From Fidelibacterota bacterium (GTDB taxonomy: Bacteria; Fidelibacterota; Marinisomatia; Marinisomatales; TCS55), in assembly GCA_027251445.1 (NCBI GenBank), contig JAPNQO010000084.1, forward strand, positions 1 to 64,000: 64,000 nucleotides of DNA, given 5' to 3'. A program made the translations under genes and the position numbers. Of this stretch, positions 40,808 through 50,862 are shown in pieces. Position 1 is the stretch's first letter, and each line of letters opens with the position of its first letter. The notes under the pieces were generated by a model. The model did not search any database and was not told the DNA's origin. It saw nothing but the letters and a program-made list of their open reading frames with translations.

Positions 40808-43606
40808 TTAAATATGAATTTCGTTAATATTTGAGAATGGTTTCATTTCAACAGGGATAGCATCACTAAAGGACCTTCCATATCGTTTTTTCGCAACTCT
40901 CTCATCCATTACAAAAAATATGCCGCTATCTTGCGTAGTTCGAATTAACCTTCCAAAGCCCTGTCGAAATTTTATTACACTCTCAGGAACATTAAAATCA
41001 AGGAACGGATTTCTATTTTGAGATTCAAGCAAATCACTAAAGGCCTTAGAAATAGGCTCCGATGGAACACCAAAGGGTAGTTTAGCTAAAATTAAAATTT
41101 CCAATAATTCACCAGGTAAATCTATTCCTTCCCAAAAAGTATTTGTGCCAAGAATAATTCCATTTTTTGTAGCATGCATTCCTTTAATAATTGAATGTCT
41201 CGAGGTTCCTTTAATTTGTGCAAAAATAGGCATATCCCTACTATTTGGTTTTTTGCGAAGTTCTTGATAAGCATTAGTTAAAGCATATCTTGATGTAAAT
41301 AGAGCTAATATTCTTTTATTATATCTTTTATGAAGCTCATAGATTAAATTTGCTTGTAAAATTGAGTCTTGCCCATTCCTTCCTACATATTGAAAATATG
41401 TAACTTGATCTTCATAAAAGAATGGGCTGTTATATACAGCAGATGAAACATTTTCAACATCAATAGAATTTAATCCAGTTCTAGAAAAATAATATTCAAA
41501 TGAATCATCTACTCTAAGAGTTGCAGAGGTCAAAATACAATGATCAATTTTTCTAAAGAATTCTTTAACTAAATTTTTAGAAATATCAACGGGAGATCCA
41601 TAAAGCACTAATTCAAAATCTTTTTCATTGCGATATGTCCCTTCTTGCCAATAAACCCAGTCCTGATTTTGATCTTGTGTTAAATCATTTATTAATTTTT
41701 GAAGATTATTTAAACTATCTACAAAATTATCGATTTGATTTATGATTTCAGAAAAATCACTATTTTTATCATCGATACCTTTAATTTCTATATGGAAGCT
41801 TCTTAATATTGATAATATATTATCAATATTAGATTTTAATAATTGGACCTCTTTATTAAATATTCCGTATTCTTCCTTTAAATCATATATAATATATTTT
41901 TCAGAGTATTTTGATGATGGATTAAATCTGCTCTTTACATTTAAAATAATTTCATCAAATAAGGTTTTCGCTTTTATTTTACAATCACTAACGGATTGAT
42001 GTAAGTCTACTACTAATTTTGATAAAGACTTTTTCTTACTTACAGCAAAATCTAATTGTTTTTTCCAATAAGTAGCTGATTTATTATCAGGATCTACTTT
42101 TTCAATGGTAGATATAATGGGAAATACATTTATAGATTTTTGCATCTGATTATAAGCTGTGTCCACCAAATTATGAGCTTCATCAATAATTATAGTATCG
42201 TGCTCAGGTAAAATTCCATCAGATTCAATTTCTGCGAATAATAAAGCATGGTTAATTATTAGTAATTCAGTATTTTGAGCTGATCGTCTTATTTTTCCAA
42301 AAAAGCATCCATCATTTTTGTTACATATCGTTGTTGTACAATAACCTTTTTCCGACTGAATTAATGAAGGTACTTTAATTGGTCGTGCATTCCAAAATCC
42401 TGAACATTCAGAAAGATCTCCCGTATTAGTATGTGACAGCCAGATAATAAGAGGTATTATACTTTCTATATCTTTTGAAGAAAGTAATTTCTTCTTTTCA
42501 CTGATAAGCCAGTTCAATCGAGTTTTACATATATAATTACTCCTACCTTTTAATAAAACTGCATTTAAGCGAATATCTAATGCATTAGATAAAATAGGTA
42601 GATCTTTAAAAAATAATTGATCTTGTAAATTTTTTGTATAACAAGAAATTAAAACACATTTTCCTCTTTCTTTTGATTGTTTTATTGCAGGAAACAAATA
42701 ACCTAAAGTTTTACCTAGACCTGTACCCGCTTCAAGTACACCAATATTTTTTGGACCATTAATTATTTTTTGTATTTCAGAACTATAGGTTTCCTGACCA
42801 TGTCTGTATTCATAATTTTCTATTGCATCCGATAGTAATCCTTTTTCATTAAACACATCTGTTACTTCTAGCTTGCTAATTTTATTCATTCCATTAGAGT
42901 TAAAAATATTATTAAAAGTAGCTTTATTAATTTTTGATTCAGTAAGCCCTGTCTCAATATTTCCTTTAAGATTTAATTCTTGAGCAAGATTTGTATATAA
43001 AGAATTGTTTGGAGCATTTATTGATGAAGTTACATCTAATACTTTAGATATTATTTCTATTGGATAACTAGCAGCTTCATATATTAATTCTTGAAAAATC
43101 ATTCCACAATTCTCTGTATCTTTTTCAGCCCTGTGAGAACCAGCTGATGATAAACCAAAATATTCTGATATACTACCTAGATTATGAACGGGGTTAAAAA
43201 AAAGAAATGTTCTTGACAGCTGTAGTGTGTCAAATAATAAATTATTTTTTAATGGTTTTTCATGCCTGTTACATAATGCATCTAAAAAACTCTTATCAAA
43301 ATTTATGTTATGGGCTACTAATGGAAAGTCAGATAAGAATTCAAGAAAATCATCTAAGATTTTAAATTCTATTGGTTCATCTTTCACCATATTATCCGAT
43401 ATACCTGTAATATCAGTAATAAATGGATCAATTGATCTTTCTGGATTAATTAAAGTAATAAATCGATCAACCGGATCTCCATTGTGAAACTTAATTGCAG
43501 CTATTTCTATAATTCTATCTTCATTAGGATTGAGACCTGTTGTCTCGAAATCAAAAGCAATGTATTCTGATAACCCTAAATGTTCAAATAATTCTTTTTT
43601 ATCCAT
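40808..43606 (-). CDS. dinG: DnaQ-like exonuclease fused to DinG helicase
   Basis: N-terminal DFETTG/AHN-x-x-FD/HRA-x-x-D; EAGTGLGKT, Cys cluster, DEAH, FWEGID and QGFGRLIR. Confidence 0.9.
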   Translation of the reverse strand: MDKKELFEHLGLSEYIAFDFETTGLNPNEDRIIEIAAIKFHNGDPVDRFITLINPERSIDPFITDITGISDNMVKDEPIEFKILDDFLEFLSDFPLVAHNINFDKSFLDALCNRHEKPLKNNLLFDTLQLSRTFLFFNPVHNLGSISEYFGLSSAGSHRAEKDTENCGMIFQELIYEAASYPIEIISKVLDVTSSINAPNNSLYTNLAQELNLKGNIETGLTESKINKATFNNIFNSNGMNKISKLEVTDVFNEKGLLSDAIENYEYRHGQETYSSEIQKIINGPKNIGVLEAGTGLGKTLGYLFPAIKQSKERGKCVLISCYTKNLQDQLFFKDLPILSNALDIRLNAVLLKGRSNYICKTRLNWLISEKKKLLSSKDIESIIPLIIWLSHTNTGDLSECSGFWNARPIKVPSLIQSEKGYCTTTICNKNDGCFFGKIRRSAQNTELLIINHALLFAEIESDGILPEHDTIIIDEAHNLVDTAYNQMQKSINVFPIISTIEKVDPDNKSATYWKKQLDFAVSKKKSLSKLVVDLHQSVSDCKIKAKTLFDEIILNVKSRFNPSSKYSEKYIIYDLKEEYGIFNKEVQLLKSNIDNILSILRSFHIEIKGIDDKNSDFSEIINQIDNFVDSLNNLQKLINDLTQDQNQDWVYWQEGTYRNEKDFELVLYGSPVDISKNLVKEFFRKIDHCILTSATLRVDDSFEYYFSRTGLNSIDVENVSSAVYNSPFFYEDQVTYFQYVGRNGQDSILQANLIYELHKRYNKRILALFTSRYALTNAYQELRKKPNSRDMPIFAQIKGTSRHSIIKGMHATKNGIILGTNTFWEGIDLPGELLEILILAKLPFGVPSEPISKAFSDLLESQNRNPFLDFNVPESVIKFRQGFGRLIRTTQDSGIFFVMDERVAKKRYGRSFSDAIPVEMKPFSNINEIHI

Positions 43607-43612
43607 ATTTTT

Positions 43613-44863
43613 TCAAGAAAAAAGAATCTTATAATAGAATAATGGATTAGTTAAGTCACCCCTTGCAACTTCATTGGCAAGCATACCTCCAATAATATCT
43701 TTTATTTTTTCATTCCTAGAGGCTCTATTAATAACAAAATTTAGAAGAAATTTTGACCGTGCAAGTTTTTGAAGATTTGTACTTATTTGTAGTTCTGGTC
43801 CAATTTCTTTCCATACCATTTTATCATATCTCGATAAGCTCCTTTCACTTGTGTCCTGCATTTCAATTGCCTTTTTTGAAACTGTAATTGCAAATTTTGC
43901 AGAAAGCATAGCATTACCAATACCTTCGCCTGTAAATGGATCAATTAATCCTGCAGCATCCCCTAATAACATAAAACCATCCCCATGGTTTTTCCTATGT
44001 ATACTACCCATGGGTAAATTCCAACCTTTAGGCTTCTCTAAAGGTTTAGCACTTTTAAATCTATCACGGAAATAATTTAGTTGGGTAACTATATCAAGTA
44101 ATTTTACAAGATCCTTTTTATTCTTCTTTATATATTTTTTAGATAATCCTAAACCTACATTTACTATACCATCCCCTGCTGGGAATATCCAAAAATATCC
44201 TGGATTAATCTCTTTAATAAAGTGCAATTCAATCTGATCAGTCAAACCTTTTACGCCTTCAAAATAGCAACGTATTCCTAAAGCGGTATGCTTCATATCC
44301 ATTTTATATAAATTTAATTTTTTTGCTATGATAGAATTAAATCCGTCACACCCAAGAACAATAGATGAAAATATTTTTTCTTCTTGTCCTTTTTGATTAA
44401 TTCCTTTTATACCCACCACTGATCTATCATTCATTAGCACATCTTGAACATTAAACCCCTCTAAAAACTCTACCGATTTTTTTGCCTTATCAAAAAGATA
44501 ATCATCAAAAGTTTTTCTGGGGATAACATATCCTTCACGTATATGTCTATCATTTAAAGATTTTGACAGATCAATCTCAAATATCTTATTTTTTGGACTT
44601 CCAAATACTATTCTATTTATAGTTGATCCATCTAATAGTTTTACGTCGCTTAATATATCCAGATCCTTTAATATATCAACAGCTTTACCAGATAGAGCAT
44701 CACCACAAATTTTATCTCTTGGCCATATTGATTTATCAAGTATAACAGCACTTAAACCTAGACGATTTGCGTAGAGTGCAGCTGTTGCTCCTGCTGGACC
44801 ACCACCAACAATTATCAAATCGTATCTTTTATTCGATGTCAACAGCGAATGTTGGGAAAACAA
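43613..44863 (-). CDS. Geranylgeranyl reductase family FAD oxidoreductase
   Basis: GGGPAG, PRDKICGD, PGYFWIFP and GDAAG-x-IDPFTGEGI. Confidence 0.9.
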   Translation of the reverse strand: MFSQHSLLTSNKRYDLIIVGGGPAGATAALYANRLGLSAVILDKSIWPRDKICGDALSGKAVDILKDLDILSDVKLLDGSTINRIVFGSPKNKIFEIDLSKSLNDRHIREGYVIPRKTFDDYLFDKAKKSVEFLEGFNVQDVLMNDRSVVGIKGINQKGQEEKIFSSIVLGCDGFNSIIAKKLNLYKMDMKHTALGIRCYFEGVKGLTDQIELHFIKEINPGYFWIFPAGDGIVNVGLGLSKKYIKKNKKDLVKLLDIVTQLNYFRDRFKSAKPLEKPKGWNLPMGSIHRKNHGDGFMLLGDAAGLIDPFTGEGIGNAMLSAKFAITVSKKAIEMQDTSERSLSRYDKMVWKEIGPELQISTNLQKLARSKFLLNFVINRASRNEKIKDIIGGMLANEVARGDLTNPLFYYKILFS

Positions 44864-45614
44864 TGTTAAAACGAAAATAATGATAAGTTCGTAAAATAAA
44901 GAAAAGAGATAATAAAGGAATTAAAAACCAAGGGTATCGTATAGATAGGAAAACTGCAGGAATGAATAAACCATACATTCTAGCTCGTTGTAAATGTCTG
45001 ACATGAATAGGCATAATAATTGAAACAATAAGAAATGGTAAATACACAGTTGATACTGTACTAATAATTGGATCATCGAGATAGTAGCCCAATGAGGAGC
45101 TTAAAAAGATTAAAATACTTGAAACTATTAAATAAGATAATCTTTTCCCATTTACCATAGTAGATGATGTTTCATCTTTTTGTTTAAGGTTGATAGAAAA
45201 GACTAATAAAACACTAAAGTAATAAAATATATAAGGGAAATAATTAACTATTTTAATAGATAAACTTTGACTTAAAGCCCCCATAAGTAGGCTAAGTATA
45301 CCAAGAATTAAAAAATATAATATTGACCTAAAATCATTAATGGTTTTGGGTATCTTTGAATTATTTGAAGTTAGAACTGTCCAAATGGTAATTATGAGTA
45401 ACACTAAATATATAAAAAAGGTACCTGAACTCCAGTCCCAAAATACATATCTATCTTCATTTCCTTTCACAATATTAAATCCACCTAGAGTCATACACCA
45501 CATTCCAAACCAACGCAATGGATCCCATTTCATGAAAAAATCATATTCTTTCGATTTAACTGAAATATTTTTATATAAGCTGCTATGAGGTTTAATCAAT
45601 CTATTTAATAACAT
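44829..45614 (-). CDS. Multi-pass membrane protein, possibly a degenerate UbiA-like protein
   Basis: About 7-8 TM segments; overlaps the reductase gene; no Asp-rich motifs. Confidence 0.55.
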   Translation of the reverse strand: MLLNRLIKPHSSLYKNISVKSKEYDFFMKWDPLRWFGMWCMTLGGFNIVKGNEDRYVFWDWSSGTFFIYLVLLIITIWTVLTSNNSKIPKTINDFRSILYFLILGILSLLMGALSQSLSIKIVNYFPYIFYYFSVLLVFSINLKQKDETSSTMVNGKRLSYLIVSSILIFLSSSLGYYLDDPIISTVSTVYLPFLIVSIIMPIHVRHLQRARMYGLFIPAVFLSIRYPWFLIPLLSLFFILRTYHYFRFNIVFPTFAVDIE

Positions 45615-45621
45615 GTATTTT

Positions 45622-46998
45622 TTATCCTATAATAGGTGAACCAAATAGTTTTTCAACAACCTCATTCAGGATAATGAATGCTATCACTAAAGCACCTATG
45701 CTTAAAAGGGTTGTAACTAATTGTGGTGGTATTTTTTTCGAATCCATTCCCCTATGAACTTCTTCTAAGAAAGCATCGACAGACCAGGTTTTCAAAATAA
45801 ATATTGCCATTAACATACCGCCAATGGGCAACATGTACTTAGAAGATAAATAATCCATAAAATCAAAAAATGACATATCTAAAAACCAAGTGAGATTTAA
45901 ATTATTTCCTAATGATAAAGAACAGAAAACCCCTACAATAGTTATAGTCCCACCAAATATTATTGTTGCTTTAGGACGGCTCCAACCTTTCTGATCAATA
46001 AAATAAGCTGTAACAACTTCTAAAATTGAAATTGCAGATGTAAGAGCAGCCATAAAAAGTATTAAGAAAAATAATGTACCCCAAATTTGGCCTCCAGGTA
46101 TTTCAGGGAATACGGAAGGCAACACAACAAAAATAAGACCTGCTCCCTCAGCTGGATCTGAACCCAAAGCAAAAACTGTCGAAAAAATTGCAACTCCAGC
46201 AATTAAAGCTATTAATGTATCTAATCCAATTACCCATAATGCAGAACTCAATAGATTCTCTTCTTTTTTTAGATAACTTCCATACGTAATCATTGTTCCC
46301 ATCCCAAGACTGAGTGTAAAAAAAGAATGACCTAATGCTAAAACAACTGCCGTAGCAGAAAGATCTGCGAACTTTGGTTTAAACAAAAAACTTAATGCTG
46401 TTAAACCATTTGGAAGCGATAAACCTCTTATTGCTAATACAATCAAAATAATGATAATTGTAGGCATCATGATTTTTGACCATTTTTCAATACCACCCTT
46501 AACTCCATTAACAATAACATAAATGCATATAAACATAAATAATAACTGCCAAAAAAGAGGAGTCCATATACCAGTTATAAAAGAATTAAATAATTGGCTT
46601 GAAGCTTCTGCGTTACCTGCAAGTGATAAAAAGTCACCTTTCATAGAAAGAAAGGCGTAATTCATTATCCATCCTCCAACTACTCCATAAAAAGATAATA
46701 TTACATATGCTGATGCGACACCCAAGAAACCAACCCATTTCCATAAAGATTTTGGAGCTACTGTCAAATAAGCACCAACAGGACTGAGTTGTGTTTTTCT
46801 TCCTAAAGCAAATTCACCAATAACAATTGATAGACCAACTACAAATATGCAAATGAGGTAAATTAAAGTAAATGCTGCACCACCATTTTGTCCTGCCATG
46901 TGTGGAAATTTCCAGATATTTCCTATACCAACAGCTGATCCAGAAGCAGCTAAAATAAAACCTAACTTTGATCCCCACTTTTCTCTAGGTGTATTCAT
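45622..46998 (-). CDS. Sodium-dependent transporter (NSS/SNF family)
   Basis: RE-x-W, GSAVG-x-GNIWKFP, NGG-x-AF and FFTLSLG-x-G-x-MITYGSY. Confidence 0.95.
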   Translation of the reverse strand: MNTPREKWGSKLGFILAASGSAVGIGNIWKFPHMAGQNGGAAFTLIYLICIFVVGLSIVIGEFALGRKTQLSPVGAYLTVAPKSLWKWVGFLGVASAYVILSFYGVVGGWIMNYAFLSMKGDFLSLAGNAEASSQLFNSFITGIWTPLFWQLLFMFICIYVIVNGVKGGIEKWSKIMMPTIIIILIVLAIRGLSLPNGLTALSFLFKPKFADLSATAVVLALGHSFFTLSLGMGTMITYGSYLKKEENLLSSALWVIGLDTLIALIAGVAIFSTVFALGSDPAEGAGLIFVVLPSVFPEIPGGQIWGTLFFLILFMAALTSAISILEVVTAYFIDQKGWSRPKATIIFGGTITIVGVFCSLSLGNNLNLTWFLDMSFFDFMDYLSSKYMLPIGGMLMAIFILKTWSVDAFLEEVHRGMDSKKIPPQLVTTLLSIGALVIAFIILNEVVEKLFGSPIIG

Positions 46999-47459
46999 TT
47001 GTTTTCTTTCCTTTTTATAGATGATTGATCTAAATAAATATCTTCTTCCATAATATTATCAAATGGTTGTAAATGTGCATCAACTATCGCATCTATCAAA
47101 CCATAAATATATACAAAACCTATCCACCAAACATATTTGTTTCTTTTTTCAAGATACCTGTATTTTGGAAGTGGATATTTTGAATTATTTTGTTCATCAT
47201 AATTATTGTAAAGAACTGAATTAGTATACCAGTTGAGTATTGAATATACTTCCATGGAAATGATTAGACCTGCCTTTAATTTTTTTCCATTATATAATTG
47301 CCCACCTCCAGGAAAAACTAAAGCAGATAATGCTGCCTTTTTTGGTGATTTATTAAATGATAGACTATCATTTTGAATCTGACAAAATATTAACGAAGAA
47401 AGGCAACAAAAAATAAATAGAGTTCTAAAAAATAAAACTATCAAAATGATGCGATACAA
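46995..47459 (-). CDS. DUF5683-like protein
   Basis: SPKKA-x-x-SA-x-x-PG-x-GQ-x-YN and IDA-x-VDAHL. Confidence 0.75.
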   Translation of the reverse strand: MYRIILIVLFFRTLFIFCCLSSLIFCQIQNDSLSFNKSPKKAALSALVFPGGGQLYNGKKLKAGLIISMEVYSILNWYTNSVLYNNYDEQNNSKYPLPKYRYLEKRNKYVWWIGFVYIYGLIDAIVDAHLQPFDNIMEEDIYLDQSSIKRKENK

Positions 47460-47824
47460 TCAATCTCGATATCTGCACCTGCAGGTAATGAAGAAACTTC
47501 GATTAGCGAACGTGCAGGTGCTTCATTATCATTCAAAAATTCACTGAACACTTCATTTACTATAGCATATTTTGATATATCAGTTAAAAAAACAGTGAAC
47601 TTTGTTACATTAGATAGATTTGTTCCAGATTCTTTTAATATTGCCTGCAAGTTATTCATAACTCTTCTTACACGTGCTTGAAAATTTCCTGCCACTATTT
47701 TACCACTAGTAGGATCAATTGGTACTTGACCAGCCGTAAATACAAAACCATTACTTATAATAGCTTGGTTATACGCACCTATTGGCTGAGGCGCCTTTGA
47801 AGTATTAATTATTTGCTTTTTCAT
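47441..47824 (-). CDS. RidA family reactive-intermediate deaminase
   Basis: AP-x-x-IG-x-Y-x-QA, GQ-x-P, PAR and LP-x-x-x-x-IEI. Confidence 0.93.
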   Translation of the reverse strand: MKKQIINTSKAPQPIGAYNQAIISNGFVFTAGQVPIDPTSGKIVAGNFQARVRRVMNNLQAILKESGTNLSNVTKFTVFLTDISKYAIVNEVFSEFLNDNEAPARSLIEVSSLPAGADIEIDCIASF

Positions 47825-47831
47825 ATAATTT

Positions 47832-48272
47832 TTATTTACCCAATATCATGCAAGCCAAACCAATATCTGGGTTTAGGACTCTTTTCCCTGATGTATTAAT
47901 TTTATTCAAAACAAACTCGCCAACTGCAGCAACTGTTGCTTCAAATAAGTGCCCTCCCTTTGGATTCAAATCGTGGTTACTAATATTTATATGTGCATGA
48001 ATAAAAGGAACGTCATCTTTTAACTGAATATTGCCTTGAAATGAAGTTAACTCCCAAATATCATTAAAATTTTGGGTGATGTACTTCTTATTATTTAAAT
48101 CATATGCACCTAATTCAATTTTTTTAATAGCTCCAATACCAGAAATTTTGCCATTACTAATATTATGATCCTTACAAAATTGAGTGAGACCGTTCATTAT
48201 ACGTTCATCTTTTTCTAAATAAATAATATAAGTATCATTATCCTGTTCAAACTGCATACTAATCACCCTCAA
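47832..48272 (-). CDS. PPC-domain (DUF296) protein
   Basis: GIGA, E-x-x-S-x-x-GN, HAH and GGHL. Confidence 0.88.
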   Translation of the reverse strand: MRVISMQFEQDNDTYIIYLEKDERIMNGLTQFCKDHNISNGKISGIGAIKKIELGAYDLNNKKYITQNFNDIWELTSFQGNIQLKDDVPFIHAHINISNHDLNPKGGHLFEATVAAVGEFVLNKINTSGKRVLNPDIGLACMILGK

Positions 48273-50856
48273 CTTTCTTTAATTCCGATTTAATTAAATC
48301 AATGCTTTTTTTCATTGCAATAGTATATGATTTAAGATCTTTTCCACCTGCAGTTGCTAAACTAGGTTTACCTCCACCACCTCCGCCCATTTCATTCCCT
48401 ACAAGCTTAGCTAAACTACCAGCATTAAGACCTTTTTTTATAATATCATCAGTCACTACAATAACTGCAGCAGGCTTCGCTCCTTTATTACTACCAAGGA
48501 CTGCAATACCGCTTTCTAATACATTTAAAGTTTGATCTCCAAACCTTTTTAATTCATCTAATGATTCAGAATCAACCTCGGACACTATTATGTTATGTTC
48601 ATTTACTTTTAATGCATCTTCCATAATTACCTTTGCATTAAAAGCAGAGCTACTTCTTTTCTGCTTTAATTTCTTCTCTAATACTTTTCTTTCATCAATT
48701 AAATGGCTTACTCTAGAACTAATCTCATCAGACTTTGCACCTAAAATACCTTGTAATTCTTGAACAATACTTACTTTGTTCTGAAAATAGTTTATTGCTT
48801 CAGGGCCGGTAACGGCTACCATCCTTCGCACTCCTGCAGCAAGGCTAGACTCTTCAGTAATTTTAAGCAAGCCAATATCCCCAGTTCTATTTACATGAGT
48901 ACCTCCACAAAGCTCCATAGAAAAATCACCAATAGATATAACACGTACTTTATCTCCATATTTTTCACCAAACAATGCTTCAGCACCTTCAGACTTGGCT
49001 ACATCAAAATTTTTAATTGAAATATCTAACTTTACATTTTTCTGAATTTCGTCATTCACTAAATTTTCTATTTCTGATACCTCATCATTAGATATTTTTT
49101 CTGAATGGGTTAAATCAAAACGCAAATAATCTGGATGCACTAATGAACCAGCTTGTTGAATATGATCTCCTAAAGTTTTTTTCAATGCTGCATGCAAAAG
49201 ATGCGTTGCGGTATGATTTTTCCTTATTCTTTGTCTACGGTTTAAATCTATTATACATAGAACTGGCTCTAGTAATTTTTCATTATTAAATGACCCTGAG
49301 CATATATGATGAATTTCATCCCCATTTTTTTGACAATCCATAACAGTTAAAGTATCATCACCAATTTTTATAACTCCAGTGTCTCCAATCTGCCCACCTG
49401 ATTCTGCATAAAAAGGAGTCTTATCTAGAACTAAAACAGTATAATCATCTGTTGTCGCATACTTACATATTTGTGATTGAGATTCTATTTGTTCATAACC
49501 AAGAAAAATAGAATCCTTACTATCAGAAATGAGTACCCAGGATAAATCACTCGAAACTTGTTTAAAATTTCCAGAAGCTTTAGCGCGATCTCTTTGTTTT
49601 TTCATATTATCATGAAATCCTATCTCATCAACTTCTAGTCCTTGCTCTCTAGCCATAAGCTGTGTTAAGTCTAATGGAAATCCATAAGTATCATAAAGTT
49701 TAAATGCTTCTTTTCCTGGAATAGCATTGCCTTTGTGCTTGCTTATATATTTTTCGAAATGAGATAGACCTCTCTCTAAGGTACTATTGAAGGAGCTTTC
49801 CTCTGATTCAATTACTTTTTCAATATGTATTTTTTTCTCAACTAATTCTGGAAAACTTTCACCCATTACATCAATTAGATAATCAACAAGTTTAAATAAA
49901 AATGGCTCCTTTGTTCCCAACATCCGACCAAACCTAGAAGCACGACGAAGAATGCGTCTTAAGACATAACCTCTTCCTTCATTTGAAGGCATAGCTCCAT
50001 CAGCAATAGCAAAACTTAACATACGTATATGATCAGAAATAACGTGATGAGGTACTTTATCATTTAAGTATTTTGATCCCGTAATAGTTTCAATTCCTTT
50101 AATAATCGGCTGAAATAAATCTGTTTCATAATTTGATTTTTTATCCTGCAATACTGTAACAATTCTTTCAAGGCCAGCACCTGTGTCAATATGCTTTTCT
50201 GGCAAATCAATTAATTCTCCATCTCCTTGGCGATCATATTGGATAAATACTAAATTCCATAATTCCCAATATTCATCAGTATTATTTACGCCATTGGGAT
50301 CTTGATCTTCAATTTCTTCTCCTACATAGTAGTGTATTTCTGAACATGGTCCACAAGGACCAGTATCTCCCATCTCCCAAAAATTATCTTTTTCTCCAAA
50401 ACGTAATACCCTATCTTTTTTAATATCTGTTTCTTGCAACCAAATGTCATGAGCTTCATCATCATCTTTATAAACTGTTACCCAGAGTCTTGACTTATCT
50501 AAACCCCAAACTTCAGTAAATAATTCCCAAGACCATTTAATTGCCTCTTTCTTGTAATAGTCTCCAAAAGACCAATTACCAAGCATTTCAAAAAAGGTAT
50601 GATGGAAAACATCTACGCCAACTTCTTCGAGGTCATTATGCTTTCCGCTCACTCGAATACATTTCTGCGTATTTACTGCACGATGATAATCCGCTTTATT
50701 AGATCCAAGGAAAATAGGTTTAAATTGATTCATTCCTGCATTAGTAAATAAAAGAGTCTGATCATCGAATGGTACTACAGGTGAACTCCTTATAAAGCGA
50801 TGATCTTTATCTTGAAAAAATTTTATAAAGTCACTTCTTATTTTTTTTGCATTCAT
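48259..50856 (-). CDS. alaS: Alanine--tRNA ligase
   Basis: LLFTNAGM, HHTFFEMLGN, NHTATHLL, ELCGGTH and DHHA1 GGGGG. Confidence 0.98.
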   Translation of the reverse strand: MNAKKIRSDFIKFFQDKDHRFIRSSPVVPFDDQTLLFTNAGMNQFKPIFLGSNKADYHRAVNTQKCIRVSGKHNDLEEVGVDVFHHTFFEMLGNWSFGDYYKKEAIKWSWELFTEVWGLDKSRLWVTVYKDDDEAHDIWLQETDIKKDRVLRFGEKDNFWEMGDTGPCGPCSEIHYYVGEEIEDQDPNGVNNTDEYWELWNLVFIQYDRQGDGELIDLPEKHIDTGAGLERIVTVLQDKKSNYETDLFQPIIKGIETITGSKYLNDKVPHHVISDHIRMLSFAIADGAMPSNEGRGYVLRRILRRASRFGRMLGTKEPFLFKLVDYLIDVMGESFPELVEKKIHIEKVIESEESSFNSTLERGLSHFEKYISKHKGNAIPGKEAFKLYDTYGFPLDLTQLMAREQGLEVDEIGFHDNMKKQRDRAKASGNFKQVSSDLSWVLISDSKDSIFLGYEQIESQSQICKYATTDDYTVLVLDKTPFYAESGGQIGDTGVIKIGDDTLTVMDCQKNGDEIHHICSGSFNNEKLLEPVLCIIDLNRRQRIRKNHTATHLLHAALKKTLGDHIQQAGSLVHPDYLRFDLTHSEKISNDEVSEIENLVNDEIQKNVKLDISIKNFDVAKSEGAEALFGEKYGDKVRVISIGDFSMELCGGTHVNRTGDIGLLKITEESSLAAGVRRMVAVTGPEAINYFQNKVSIVQELQGILGAKSDEISSRVSHLIDERKVLEKKLKQKRSSSAFNAKVIMEDALKVNEHNIIVSEVDSESLDELKRFGDQTLNVLESGIAVLGSNKGAKPAAVIVVTDDIIKKGLNAGSLAKLVGNEMGGGGGGKPSLATAGGKDLKSYTIAMKKSIDLIKSELKKVEGD

Positions 50857-50862
50857 ATGTCT

